Shown here: positions 9,858 to 19,425 of the stretch, piece by piece | Numbering within the stretch: the stretch's first letter is position 1 | Layout: every line of letters begins with the position of its first letter | From: Terriglobia bacterium | GTDB taxonomy: Bacteria > Acidobacteriota > Terriglobia > JAJPHL01 > JAPKYU01 | Direction of reading: 5' to 3' | Length of the DNA stretch: 64,000 bases | Assembly: GCA_965223005.1 (NCBI GenBank) | Contig: CBDCVK010000010.1 | Span: 1,440,001 to 1,504,000, forward strand | Notes under the pieces: model-generated | Told to the model about the DNA's origin: nothing | What the model saw: the letters and a program-made list of their open reading frames with translations, nothing else | Databases searched by the model: none | Translations under genes and position numbers: made by a program

Positions 9858-10473
9858 TCAGCACAACCGAGCCGCGGAAAGGGCTGCGGAAAAGCCGGTT
9901 TCCCGGCAGCCCGTCAGGCGGCGCCTCCTGCAGGGCCTGCTGGCAGGGCTGCTGGCGGTGAATATCTTGTTCTTCATTCTGGCCCTGAAGCCGGGGGGGC
10001 AGCGTGCCCGCGAACAAGCCGAAGTATTCCGCGAGCTTGGCCAGGACCTGGAGTCCCGCCGGGAAACAGTGAAACGGTTGCGCAACATCGCTGCCAACCT
10101 GGGCCAAGCTCGCCACCAGGGTCTCGAGTTCCACCGGGACAAGTTCCTGCCCAAGCCGACCGGATTCTCCATTCTCATGGAGGAAGTGGACAAGCTGGCG
10201 CGAGCGAACCGGGTGCGCAAGAGCACCGTGACCTATTCGCTGAGCGACGTGCAGGGGCAGCCCGAGCTGAACGAAGTGCACGTGACAACGGTGTTGGAGG
10301 GTGACTATGCCAACATCGTGGAGTTTGTGAATCAGGTGGAGCGGTCGCCCCAGTTTATGATCATCGACAACATCGCCCTGGCCGGCGGCGGCAACACCAG
10401 GGCGAGGCCGGGCGCCAGCAAGGCCAGCCCGGTGCGGCTTTCGTTGCGTCTGGTGACGTTCTTCCAGCTGTAA
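9844..10473 (+). CDS. pilO: PilO/GspM-like protein
   Basis: TM, coiled coil, LEGDYANIVEFVNQVE motif. Confidence 0.8.
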   Translation: MAKNNQHNRAAERAAEKPVSRQPVRRRLLQGLLAGLLAVNILFFILALKPGGQRAREQAEVFRELGQDLESRRETVKRLRNIAANLGQARHQGLEFHRDKFLPKPTGFSILMEEVDKLARANRVRKSTVTYSLSDVQGQPELNEVHVTTVLEGDYANIVEFVNQVERSPQFMIIDNIALAGGGNTRARPGASKASPVRLSLRLVTFFQL

Positions 10474-10542
10474 CGGACACCAGGTAAGGCCAGACAAGGC
10501 CAACCTAAGGTAAGAGAAGGCCAAGCTAAGGTAAGAAAAGCG

Positions 10543-11115
10543 ATGGCTCCTTCGTTTCGCTTTGAAGACGGCAAGCGCTGGATCGCAGCAGCGGTGCTGC
10601 TGGGCTTGGCGGCCTTTCTGTCGTATCGCGCCTTCTCTCCCTCAGCCCAGCAGGCTGCCAGCCGCGCTAGGAGCGTCGGGCCGGCAGCGGAGAACCGCTC
10701 GCGAGCCCGGGCACGTGCTGCAATCTCGGGGGCATACGACCCTGCGCTGAGATTCGACCTGTTGGCTAAGGTGCAGGGCATCACCTACCAGGGGACCGAG
10801 CGCAACATCTTCCAATACCGTACGCGCGCGGCTCCGATACCAAAGCCGACAGCCAAAGCTGTTACCGCGTCGGCTTCCAAGCGTTCCGGCGAGGCGCCCC
10901 CGCCAGCTATTCCCTTGAAGTATTACGGGTATGCTCACAAGCCCGACGAAACCGCCAGGAAGGCCTTCTTCGTGGATGCAGAGGAAATTTTCATCGTCAC
11001 CGAGGGCGAGATTGTTAACAAGAGGTATAAGATACTAAAGATAGGGGTGAACACGGTTGAGGTGGAAGACCTGGTGACGAAGAGCAAGCAAACTCTGCCC
11101 CTGCAGGAAACCTGA
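10543..11115 (+). CDS. PilP/GspC-like membrane-anchored protein
   Basis: One TM, RNIF motif, Pro-rich linker, PLKYYGY..AFF..IFIVTEGEIV..YKILKI beta domain; operon position. Confidence 0.65.
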   Translation: MAPSFRFEDGKRWIAAAVLLGLAAFLSYRAFSPSAQQAASRARSVGPAAENRSRARARAAISGAYDPALRFDLLAKVQGITYQGTERNIFQYRTRAAPIPKPTAKAVTASASKRSGEAPPPAIPLKYYGYAHKPDETARKAFFVDAEEIFIVTEGEIVNKRYKILKIGVNTVEVEDLVTKSKQTLPLQET

Positions 11116-12676
11116 TGAGCGGGTGGAAAGTCCGCGGTTCAAAGTCCAAGGTCGAAGAGCTCCACCTCCTGTTGCGACCGGCTCGCACCCCGGCCTCCGC
11201 AGCGGGCAATCAAGCCACAACGGGCAATCAAGCCAGAGCGGGCAATCAAGCCAAAGCGAGCAATCAAGAAGGCTGGGCGTTGCTCACCCTGATCTTCTTC
11301 TCCGCGCTGCTGGCGATTTCACTGGCGTCCGTACTGCCGCGGGCGGCCATGGAAGCGCGCCGGGAAAGGGAAGCGGACTTGATCCACCGTGGCCGACAGT
11401 ATCAGCGGGCCATCCAGCTCTATTACCGAAAGTTCCGCCGCTATCCCTCCAAGATGGAGGAGTTGGAAAACACGAATCGCATCCGTTTTCTGCGGCGGCG
11501 CTTCACGGATCCGATTGCGGGAAGCGAGAAGTGGCGCCTCATCCACATCAGCCCGCAGGACCTGTTGACTGATTCGGTGCTGCAGCAGGCCGCTGGAGCC
11601 GCCACCGCAGCAGTTCCGGGCGTGACTCCGGGCATGCCCGGTGCTCTGCCGGGAACGCAAGACTGGTCACAACAGCCGGGGCGCAGCTCTCAGCCCACTT
11701 CTGGTTTCGGCCAGACTTCCCGCTTTGGACAGCCGGCGAATCCCACTGCCCGGCCAGGACAGGTGCCGCAACAAGGCGGTTTCGGCCAGCCGGCAGGTCT
11801 TGGGCAGCGGGGCGCGCGGGCAGGCCCCACACCATCTGGCTTCCGGCTGCCAGGACAGTCGGTGCCCGTGTCACCCGGAACGAGGACCATCCCGGGGCTT
11901 CCGGCCGGGGTGCAGCCCAGGCAACAACCGGGGCAAACAGCTTTTCAAACGCCACTCGTGGGGCAGCCATCGAGGCCCGGCCAGCAGTCGGGCTTCGGCC
12001 AGCCGACCCAGCCCGGTCGACCCCAGGGGACGGGTAGGGTTGTGATTCCCGGACTCCCCGCCGGAGTGCAGATCGGCGCTCCCCCCGGGGCGGCATACGG
12101 TGCGCCTGCTGGAGGCACGGCGCGTGGAATGTCGCCCGGGACAGGCTTGGGCGCTAGCGTCGGGATGACCACCACGGGCTTCGTCCCCCTTGCTGGAAAT
12201 CCCACGGGCTCCGGCACGGCTCCCGGCCAGCCTACTGGTCTAGGCGGTCAGCAGATTGGGGGCGGCATCGCTGGCGTGGCCAGCACCAAGGAAGCGCCTT
12301 CGATGAAGATCTACAATGGCCGCGAAAAATACAACGAATGGGAATTCGTCTACGATTTTCGCCGCGACCCAACGATGCTGGGCCGCCAGGTCCAGGGCGC
12401 TCCCGTCCAGCCAGGCGCCTTGGTGGGCCAACCCCAACGGCCGGGCCGTCCAGGCCAGCCGCAGCAGGGTGGCTTCGGTAGGCCTCAACCCGGCGGTTCG
12501 GTCAACCGCAGCCAGGGTCGGGCAGGCCTCAACCCGGCCGGTTCGGTCAACCGCAGCCAGGCCAGTCGGGCAGGCCCCAACCTGGCCGGCGCGGTCAACC
12601 GCAGTCAAGAAGGCCCGGCCAGCCACAGCCCGGCGGCATCGGCCTGCAGCAGCCGAATCTATTTCCGCGCCGCTGA
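11115..12676 (+). CDS. T2SS pseudopilin-like protein with Gly/Gln/Pro low-complexity regions; probable 1-nt frameshift near 12494 (as-read ORF ends 12743)
   Basis: Class III-like site EG|WALLTLIFF; READLIHRGRQYQRAI, RFLRRRFTDP and GGGIAGVAS..YNEWEFVYD blocks; adding one base restores the PQPGRFGQ repeat frame ending at TGA 12674-12676. Confidence 0.75.
11203..11270 (+). repeat. 18-bp tandem repeat, about 4 units, in the prepilin leader
   Basis: CGGGCAATCAAGCCACAA / CGGGCAATCAAGCCAGAG / CGGGCAATCAAGCCAAAG / CGAGCAATCAAGAA, encoding GNQATT-GNQARA-GNQAKA-SNQE. Confidence 0.9.
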
Positions 12677-12835
12677 GACAAAGCGTCTGAGGCGGTTTCC
12701 TCCTTCAGGCCTCACACTGCCGCATCAAACCCGTCGTACTTAGAGAAAAGCTAGGCCTAAAGAAAAGCTGGGGGAATTCTCCACCGACCCTGGAATCGCC
12801 AGATGGATTCTCCGGAGCCTCGCGAGAAATTCCGC

Positions 12836-12890
12836 TTGACAATTGTGCTTGACAGGGGCGGACATATATGACCTATAGTCATATATGTCC
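12836..12890 (+). promoter_or_regulatory. Promoter with a perfect 13-bp inverted repeat, probable TetR operator
   Basis: GGACATATATGAC-CTATA-GTCATATATGTCC at 12860-12890; TTGACA at 12836 and 12849; just upstream of tetR. Confidence 0.8.
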
Positions 12891-12914
12891 ATTGGTCACA
12901 TTTAAACTACGGGG

Positions 12915-13583
12915 ATGCCAACTCGCTCCCAAGTCGCCCGGCGAGCCCCACCCAACCGCCGTGAACGGCGGCGGGCCGCCACCCGTGAACGCATCTTTCG
13001 CGCTGCCTTGCGCCTTTTCGCGGCGCGGGGAGTTTTTGCCACCACCGTCCAGGAAATTACTGAAGCGGCTGATGTCGGCAAGGGTACCTTCTTCAACTAC
13101 TTCCCCACCAAGGAACACTTGTTGGCGGCCTTCGGCGAGATTCAGGTGGCCAAGGTGCGCGCTGCGGCAGCCGAGGCCCGCCGCGGACAGAAACACTCCC
13201 GCGAACTGCTCCGTCGTTTGATCCACGACCTGGCGGAGGAGCCTGGCCGCAGCCAGGCGCTGGTGCGAAGCCTGCTGGCGGCCAACATGGGCAGCGAGCC
13301 GGTCCGGCACCTGATGCGCCACAACCTGGGCCGCGGCCGGAAATTGCTGGGGCAGCTCATCGCCCGGGGGCAGCTGCGGGGCGAGGTACGTCGCGACCGC
13401 AAGGCGATCGAACTTGCGCGCTATTTCCAGCAAAGCTTCTTTGGTGCGCTACTTCTGTGGACGCTCCATCCTCCCTCGCCTCTGGAGGCGTGGTTGAACA
13501 CGACCTTTGAGCTGATTTGGGCGGGGATAGATGCCCGGCAGGCCAGGGCAGGTACGAAAGCAGGCAAGGAGGGACTCGCGTGA
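12915..13583 (+). CDS. TetR/AcrR family regulator
   Basis: HTH TTVQEITEAADVGKGTFFNYFPTKE. Confidence 0.93.
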   Translation: MPTRSQVARRAPPNRRERRRAATRERIFRAALRLFAARGVFATTVQEITEAADVGKGTFFNYFPTKEHLLAAFGEIQVAKVRAAAAEARRGQKHSRELLRRLIHDLAEEPGRSQALVRSLLAANMGSEPVRHLMRHNLGRGRKLLGQLIARGQLRGEVRRDRKAIELARYFQQSFFGALLLWTLHPPSPLEAWLNTTFELIWAGIDARQARAGTKAGKEGLA

Positions 13584-15076
13584 AGAATCGTCTTCGGTTG
13601 CCGGTCCATTGGGATTTTTATCATTTGAATTGGCACTGGAATTGGATTGCCCTCTTCCTTTCCTTGACTGTTGTCCCCGTGGTTGCTTACGGGCAAAGCC
13701 GTCCAGAGGAGCCTCGATCGCGTCTAGCCACCCCCGCCGGGCGCGTCCTGCGCCTCAGCTTGGGACAGGCAGTTGAGATCGCTCTCCAGCCGGAAGGAAA
13801 CGCTCGCATCCAAATGGCCGAGCAGCTGATCCGACAGGCGCAGGCGCGTTCGGCCGAAACGCGGGCCGCGCTGCTGCCCGATTTGTCGGGATCGGTCGGC
13901 CTGCAGAACCAGCGGCGTAATCTGGAGGCCCTGGGGCTTCAGGTGCAGTCACCGATTCCCGGTGTTGTCGTTCCGCGATCCGTGGGACCCTTCAGCACGT
14001 TTGACGCGCGCGCCTTCGTGAGCCAGAAGATTCTCGACCTTGCCGCCATCCGGCGCTTCCAGGCCTCTCGAACCGCCGTCCGGGTGGCCCGGGCCGAGGA
14101 CGAGTCAACCCGGGACCACGTCAGCCAACAGGTGGGACGCGCTTATCTAGCCGCTATGCGGGCGGAAGCTTCGCTGGAAACGGCGCGGGCGAATCTGGCG
14201 CTGGCTGAAGCGTTGCTCCGGCTTGCGGTGAATCAGAAGGCCGCCGGCACCGGTACGGGCATTGAGGTAACCCGTGCCCGCGTGCAACTGGCGCATGAAC
14301 GCCAGCGTGTGCTGGCGAGCGGGAACGAACGGGAGCGGACGCACCTCGAGCTCTTGAAGCTGCTGGGATTGAAATTGAATACGGAGCTGGAGCTGACCGA
14401 CGCGCTGGCCTATCTGCCGGCCCCGACGACGGAGGTCGCCGAAGCGCTGGCTACGGCGATGGATTCGCGCGCCGAGTGGAAGGCGCAGCAGAAGCGCGAA
14501 AACCAGGCACGTCTGAACTACAGCGCTACGAAGCTGGAGCGGCTGCCCTCACTGGTCGGATTCCTGGATTACGGTTCCCTCGGGTTGAATCTCGACCGGT
14601 TGTTGCCCACGCACACCATCGGCGTAGCGCTGCAGGTCCCCGTCTTTGACGGAGGCCGCCGGGAGGCGCGGCGCGCCGAAAGCTTGTCCCAACTGCGGCA
14701 GGAGCGGATCCGCACCCATGATCTGCGAGAGCAGATTGAGCTGGAAATTCGCGTGGCCCTGGACAGCCTACGCTCGGCCGAGCAGCAGGTGGAGGCGGCG
14801 CAAGAGGGGCGGCAGCTGGCCGAGAATGAGCTGGCCCAGGCGCGCCGTCGCTACCAGGCGGGCGTAACCAATAGCCTGGAGGTGACCGATGCGCAGACGC
14901 GTCTGGTTCGGGCCCGCGAGGACCACATCAACGCGTTGTTCAACTACAACCTGGCCCGTATTGACCTTGGCGCCGCGATGGGCACCGTGCGCCAGGTCCT
15001 TCAACAGGGCAGTTCTCGGATAAATCCTGATCCGAAGCTGCCCGGGAGCCAAGGCCAGGGAAGGTGGGAGCCGTGA
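13580..15076 (+). CDS. TolC family outer-membrane efflux protein
   Basis: GTGA overlap with tetR stop; LSLGQAVEIAL, VPVFDGG, RYQAGV..LEVTDAQ motifs. Confidence 0.9.
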   Translation: MKNRLRLPVHWDFYHLNWHWNWIALFLSLTVVPVVAYGQSRPEEPRSRLATPAGRVLRLSLGQAVEIALQPEGNARIQMAEQLIRQAQARSAETRAALLPDLSGSVGLQNQRRNLEALGLQVQSPIPGVVVPRSVGPFSTFDARAFVSQKILDLAAIRRFQASRTAVRVARAEDESTRDHVSQQVGRAYLAAMRAEASLETARANLALAEALLRLAVNQKAAGTGTGIEVTRARVQLAHERQRVLASGNERERTHLELLKLLGLKLNTELELTDALAYLPAPTTEVAEALATAMDSRAEWKAQQKRENQARLNYSATKLERLPSLVGFLDYGSLGLNLDRLLPTHTIGVALQVPVFDGGRREARRAESLSQLRQERIRTHDLREQIELEIRVALDSLRSAEQQVEAAQEGRQLAENELAQARRRYQAGVTNSLEVTDAQTRLVRAREDHINALFNYNLARIDLGAAMGTVRQVLQQGSSRINPDPKLPGSQGQGRWEP

Positions 15077-16266
15077 GAGCGAACAAGAAATTGCTTCTCG
15101 TCGGCGGAGTCGTCCTCCTCGTTGTCCTTGTGGGCTTGTTGGGATTGCTACGCTGGCTCGGTGACCGTCCCGAGACGATTGCCATTTCGGGCAACATCGA
15201 GCTGACACAAGTGGACGTCGCCTTCAAGACTCCCGGCAAACTGATCGAGCGCGCCGTAGATGAAGGGGAGGTAGTCCGCAAGGGCATGGTGCTGGCGCGG
15301 CTCGATGCCGAGCAGACGAAGCGCCAGAGGGAGCGCGAGCAGGCCGGTCGGATGGCGGCTGAGTCCCAACTGCGCCAGATCGTGACCGCAGCCCAGTACC
15401 AGAAGGAAACGCTGGAAGCCGAGATCGAACTCCGCCAGGCCGAACTCCGCCAGGCTGAGGCGCGCTTGAGCGAACTGCTGGCTGGCTTTCGGAAACAGGA
15501 AATCGAGCAGGCTCGCGCGGCAACCGAAGAAGCAGCCAGCGAAGAGCAGCGCGCTACCCGAGATTGGGAGCGCGCCCAGGTCCTCCATAAGAACGATGAC
15601 ATCTCCAGGTCCCAGTACGATCAGTTCCGGGCGCGCTACCAAGCCGGCACCGCCGCGGCCCGGCAGGCCCGGGAAAGGCTGGCTCTGGTGGAGGAAGGTC
15701 CCCGGCAGGAAGAGATCGAATCCGCCCGCGCACAGGTGGCCCGCGCCCAAGCGGCATTGCGATTGAGCAAGGCGGCGCGGCTGGAACTGAAAAGGAAGCG
15801 ACAGGAGATCGAAACCCGTCGCGCTGAAACCGCGCGGGCGCGGGCGCAGGTGGGAGTGCTGGACGCCCAGCTCGACGACACAGTCGCCATTTCGCCCATT
15901 GACGGCGTGGTGTTGACGAAATCGGCTGAGGTGGGCCAAGTGCTGGCCGCAGGCACTCCCGTCCTCACCGTCGGCGACCTGGCCCACCCCTGGCTCCGCG
16001 GCTACATCAACGAGACGGATCTGGGACGGGTGAAGTTGGGGGCACGCGTTCGCGTCACCACCGACTCCTATCCGGACAAAGTGTACTGGGGACGTCTCTC
16101 CTTCATCGCTTCCGATGCGGAGTTCACCCCCAAGCAGATTCAAACCCCCGAGGAGCGGGTCAAGCTCGTCTACCGGGTAAAGGTAGACATCCCGAACCCC
16201 CAGCAGGAGCTGAAATTGAACATGCCGGTGGAAGCCGAGATCCTGCTGCGCGATCCTGCTGAATGA
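15073..16266 (+). CDS. HlyD family membrane fusion protein (YbhG-like)
   Basis: SGNIE, VDEGEVVRKG, SPIDGVV, AEFTPKQIQTPEERVKLVYRVK. Confidence 0.92.
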   Translation: MRANKKLLLVGGVVLLVVLVGLLGLLRWLGDRPETIAISGNIELTQVDVAFKTPGKLIERAVDEGEVVRKGMVLARLDAEQTKRQREREQAGRMAAESQLRQIVTAAQYQKETLEAEIELRQAELRQAEARLSELLAGFRKQEIEQARAATEEAASEEQRATRDWERAQVLHKNDDISRSQYDQFRARYQAGTAAARQARERLALVEEGPRQEEIESARAQVARAQAALRLSKAARLELKRKRQEIETRRAETARARAQVGVLDAQLDDTVAISPIDGVVLTKSAEVGQVLAAGTPVLTVGDLAHPWLRGYINETDLGRVKLGARVRVTTDSYPDKVYWGRLSFIASDAEFTPKQIQTPEERVKLVYRVKVDIPNPQQELKLNMPVEAEILLRDPAE

Positions 16267-16309
16267 AGAGTGAGGCAAGGCGGGGAAGTTCCGCCGGGAG
16301 GCGCCTACT

Positions 16310-17293
16310 ATGCCAAATGCTATGCAAGCTGATATGCCAGTAACAGATTCCAACGCCGCCGCAGCGATCCGAACCGCAAATTTGACCCGCCGGTTCGACG
16401 CCCTGACGGCCGTGGACCGCCTCACTCTGGAAGTATCGCCCGGGGAAATTTTCGGCCTTGTGGGTCCCGATGGGGCCGGCAAGACCACCACCTTGCGCTT
16501 GCTCTGTGGCCTGCTGGACCCGACCGAAGGACAGGCTTGGGTGGCAGGCCACGACGTGGCCCGCCACCCGCAGGCGGTGAGGGACCGCATTGGTTACATG
16601 GCGCAGCGCTTTGGCCTCTACTCCGATCTGACCGTGCGGGAAAACATGCTTTATTATGCCGACCTGTTTGGGCTCCCGGCAGCCGAAGGCAAGCCGCTGA
16701 TGGAGCGCCTGCTGGGCGTCACCCGCATGCAGCCTTTCCAGCACCGGGCGGCCGGCCGCCTTTCGGGCGGCATGAAGCAAAAACTGGCGTTGATGTGCAC
16801 GCTGCTCCACCACCCGCAAATTCTTTTTCTCGACGAGCCCACCAACGGTGTGGACCCGGTGTCTCGCCGCGATTTCTGGGCCATCCTCTATCAACTGGTG
16901 AAGCAGGGAATGACTGTCCTGCTCACCACGGCCTACCTGGATGAAGCCGAGCGCTGCAATCGGGTGGGCCTGCTCGATCGCGGGCGCCTTATCCGTTGCG
17001 ACTCACCGCAGGCGTTGAAGAAGCTGGTGGCGGAGTCCTGCTACCAGGTCACCTGTTCGAACCTAAGGGCGGCGCGAGAGTTCCTGCAGACCGCCGCAGG
17101 CGTGAAGAGCGTGGAGCCGTCCGGCGCCACCCTGCACGTCTTCCTCGCGGCTCCGGAAACCTCTTCCGTGGCGCTCGAACGGGCTTTGGAGCAAGAGGGT
17201 CTGGGTCCAGCTAGCTTCCGCCCGATCACCCCGTCTCTGGAGGACGTATTCATCGCCGAGATCCGCAAGGCTTCAGCGGGGAACCATGCCTGA
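16310..17293 (+). CDS. ABC ATP-binding protein (like the first YbhF domain)
   Basis: GPDGAGKTT, LSGGMKQKL, LDEPTNGVDP. Confidence 0.93.
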   Translation: MPNAMQADMPVTDSNAAAAIRTANLTRRFDALTAVDRLTLEVSPGEIFGLVGPDGAGKTTTLRLLCGLLDPTEGQAWVAGHDVARHPQAVRDRIGYMAQRFGLYSDLTVRENMLYYADLFGLPAAEGKPLMERLLGVTRMQPFQHRAAGRLSGGMKQKLALMCTLLHHPQILFLDEPTNGVDPVSRRDFWAILYQLVKQGMTVLLTTAYLDEAERCNRVGLLDRGRLIRCDSPQALKKLVAESCYQVTCSNLRAAREFLQTAAGVKSVEPSGATLHVFLAAPETSSVALERALEQEGLGPASFRPITPSLEDVFIAEIRKASAGNHA

Positions 17294-18290
17294 GGGAACC
17301 ATGACTGAGGGGCCTGAGAGAACCATGCCTGAGGAGCCTGAGAGAAATCACAATGGGTGGGCCGTTGAGGTGGAGGGTCTCGCGAAGCGATTCGGCGCCT
17401 TTATCGCCGTAGACCACATTTCCTTCACTGTTCAGCGGGGCGAAATTTTCGGCTTCCTCGGCCCCAACGGAGCCGGCAAGTCGACCACCATTCGCATTCT
17501 CTGCGGGCTGCTGGCCCCGAGCGATGGCCGGACTCGGGTAGGCGGGTTCGATGTGGCTGCTGAACCTGAGAGCGTGCGAAGACATATCGGCTATATGTCC
17601 CAAAAGTTCTCGCTCTATGACGATTTGACTGTGGAGGAGAACATTGATTTTTTCAGCGGGGTCTACGGAGTTGCGCAGGGGCGGCGTGCCGAGCGCAAGC
17701 AGTACGTGCTGGCCATGGCAGGGCTGAGCGAGCGGCGGACGACGATGACGCGCCTGCTGGCCGGCGGATGGAAGCAGCGGCTGGCCCTGGGATGCGCCAT
17801 CTTGCACGAGCCGCCCATCATATTTCTCGATGAGCCGACCTCAGGCGTCGATCCGATTGCTCGCCGCGACTTTTGGGATCTGATCTACCAGCTCTCGGCG
17901 GCCGGACACACGATTTTCGTCACCACTCATTACATGGATGAAGCCGAACATTGCCACCGGCTGGCCCTGATGTACCAAGGAAAAATTATCGCTCTGGACG
18001 CGCCCGCCTCCTTGAAGCAGGCATTGGCGTCACACACCCTGATGGAACTGGACAGCTCGGACCCGCTGGAGAGTCTCAGAGTGCTGGAGGGAGCCGAAGG
18101 CATCGCGGAGGTGGCGGTCTTCGGGGCAGGACTGCACATCACCGTGCCTGACCCGGGTACTGCCGTGCCTCGGATTCGAAGCCTCCTGGACCAGCAGGGG
18201 ATTCAGATCCAGCGCCTGGAACCGATCCAGCCCTCCATCGAGGACGTGTTCGTCGGCATGATCGCCGAGGAGGAGCGTAAGTCAGCATGA
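17286..18290 (+). CDS. ABC ATP-binding protein (like the second YbhF domain); start ambiguous among repeated ATGs
   Basis: GPNGAGKST, LAGGWKQRL, LDEPTSGVDP, TTHYMDEAE. Confidence 0.92.
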   Translation: MPEGTMTEGPERTMPEEPERNHNGWAVEVEGLAKRFGAFIAVDHISFTVQRGEIFGFLGPNGAGKSTTIRILCGLLAPSDGRTRVGGFDVAAEPESVRRHIGYMSQKFSLYDDLTVEENIDFFSGVYGVAQGRRAERKQYVLAMAGLSERRTTMTRLLAGGWKQRLALGCAILHEPPIIFLDEPTSGVDPIARRDFWDLIYQLSAAGHTIFVTTHYMDEAEHCHRLALMYQGKIIALDAPASLKQALASHTLMELDSSDPLESLRVLEGAEGIAEVAVFGAGLHITVPDPGTAVPRIRSLLDQQGIQIQRLEPIQPSIEDVFVGMIAEEERKSA

Positions 18291-19420
18291 ACCTGCGACG
18301 CACCCGGGCGGTGGCGAAAAAGGAATTGCTGCACATTCTTCGGGACCGCAACAGCCTGATCATGGCGCTGGCGGTCCCACTGGTTCTGTTGCTGCTGTTC
18401 GGCTATGCGCTGTCGCTGGATGTGGACCGCGTGCCGACCTGGATCCACGACGCCGACCGGAGCCCGGAGAGCCGGCACCTGATCTCGCGGTTTCGCGCTT
18501 CTCGCTACTTTCAGGTTCTGGGAACAGCCGACCGGCCGAAAACCATCGAGCAGAAGATTGACAGGGACGAATGCCTGCTTGCGGTTTCCATCCCGCGGGG
18601 GTTTGCCCGTGACCTCGTGGCCGGTCGGCAAGCAGAGGTGCAACTGCTGTTGGACGGCAGCGATTCCAATACGGCGTCCATCGCCCTGGGCTATGCGGAG
18701 ACGATGGTGCGTCTACACGCGGTGGAATTGCAGGAGCAGGCGCAGCGCCAAAGAATGGGTGCCCGGCTGCCTCCGCCGGTCGAGAACCGGATTCGCGTCT
18801 GGTACAACAGCGACCTGGAATCGAAGAACTACATTGTGCCGGGACTGATGGCAGTCATCTTGATGATCATTGCCGCGTTGCTCACCTCGTTGACCATCGC
18901 GCGGGAGTGGGAAACGGGAACCATGGAGTCGTTGCTTGCCACGCCGCTGCGGCCGGCGGAACTGGTGCTGGGCAAACTGGTTGCTTTTTTCGGCGTGGGC
19001 TTGGTGGATATGCTGGTGGCGCTGCTGGTCGGCGTGCTGGTTTTCCGCGTGCCGCTCCGCGGAAATGCGCTGCTGCTGTTTTTCACCGGCTGCATCTTTC
19101 TGTTCGGGGCGCTCTGCTGGGGCATTCTTCTTTCGGCCGTGGCACGTTCGCAATTGCTGGCTTACCAGTTGGGGATGCTGACTTCCTTCCTGCCCGCCTT
19201 CCTGCTCTCCGGCTTTGTCTACGCCATCGAGAACATGCCGGCAGTGATTCAGCTGGTGACCTACATCTTTCCGGCCAGGTATTTCGTCACCATCCTCAAG
19301 GGAATCTATCTGAAGGGTGTTGGGCTGGAGGTATTGTTCCTGGAAGTCGGACTGCTGATCGTGTACGCGGCGATTATCTTCGTCGTTGCTACAAAGAAGG
19401 TGAAACAGAAGTTGGCCTGA
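18287..19420 (+). CDS. ABC-2 permease (YbhS-like)
   Basis: KKELLHILRD, LLDGSDSN, IAREWETGTME, FLLSGF. Confidence 0.92.
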   Translation: MNLRRTRAVAKKELLHILRDRNSLIMALAVPLVLLLLFGYALSLDVDRVPTWIHDADRSPESRHLISRFRASRYFQVLGTADRPKTIEQKIDRDECLLAVSIPRGFARDLVAGRQAEVQLLLDGSDSNTASIALGYAETMVRLHAVELQEQAQRQRMGARLPPPVENRIRVWYNSDLESKNYIVPGLMAVILMIIAALLTSLTIAREWETGTMESLLATPLRPAELVLGKLVAFFGVGLVDMLVALLVGVLVFRVPLRGNALLLFFTGCIFLFGALCWGILLSAVARSQLLAYQLGMLTSFLPAFLLSGFVYAIENMPAVIQLVTYIFPARYFVTILKGIYLKGVGLEVLFLEVGLLIVYAAIIFVVATKKVKQKLA

Positions 19421-19425
19421 CGGCG

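Noticed and set aside
15148-16590. Long antisense ORFs (also 20499-21443, 40785-41954, 44870-46321, 47558-48634, 48819-49883)
   Set aside because: They are shadows of well-supported genes in high-GC DNA and show no recognisable motifs.
18907-19425. N-terminal extensions in the ORF track (also 13517, 22392, 31791, 38837, 39478)
   Set aside because: They overlap upstream genes or lack homology; downstream starts fit family N-termini, and several show stop-start coupling.
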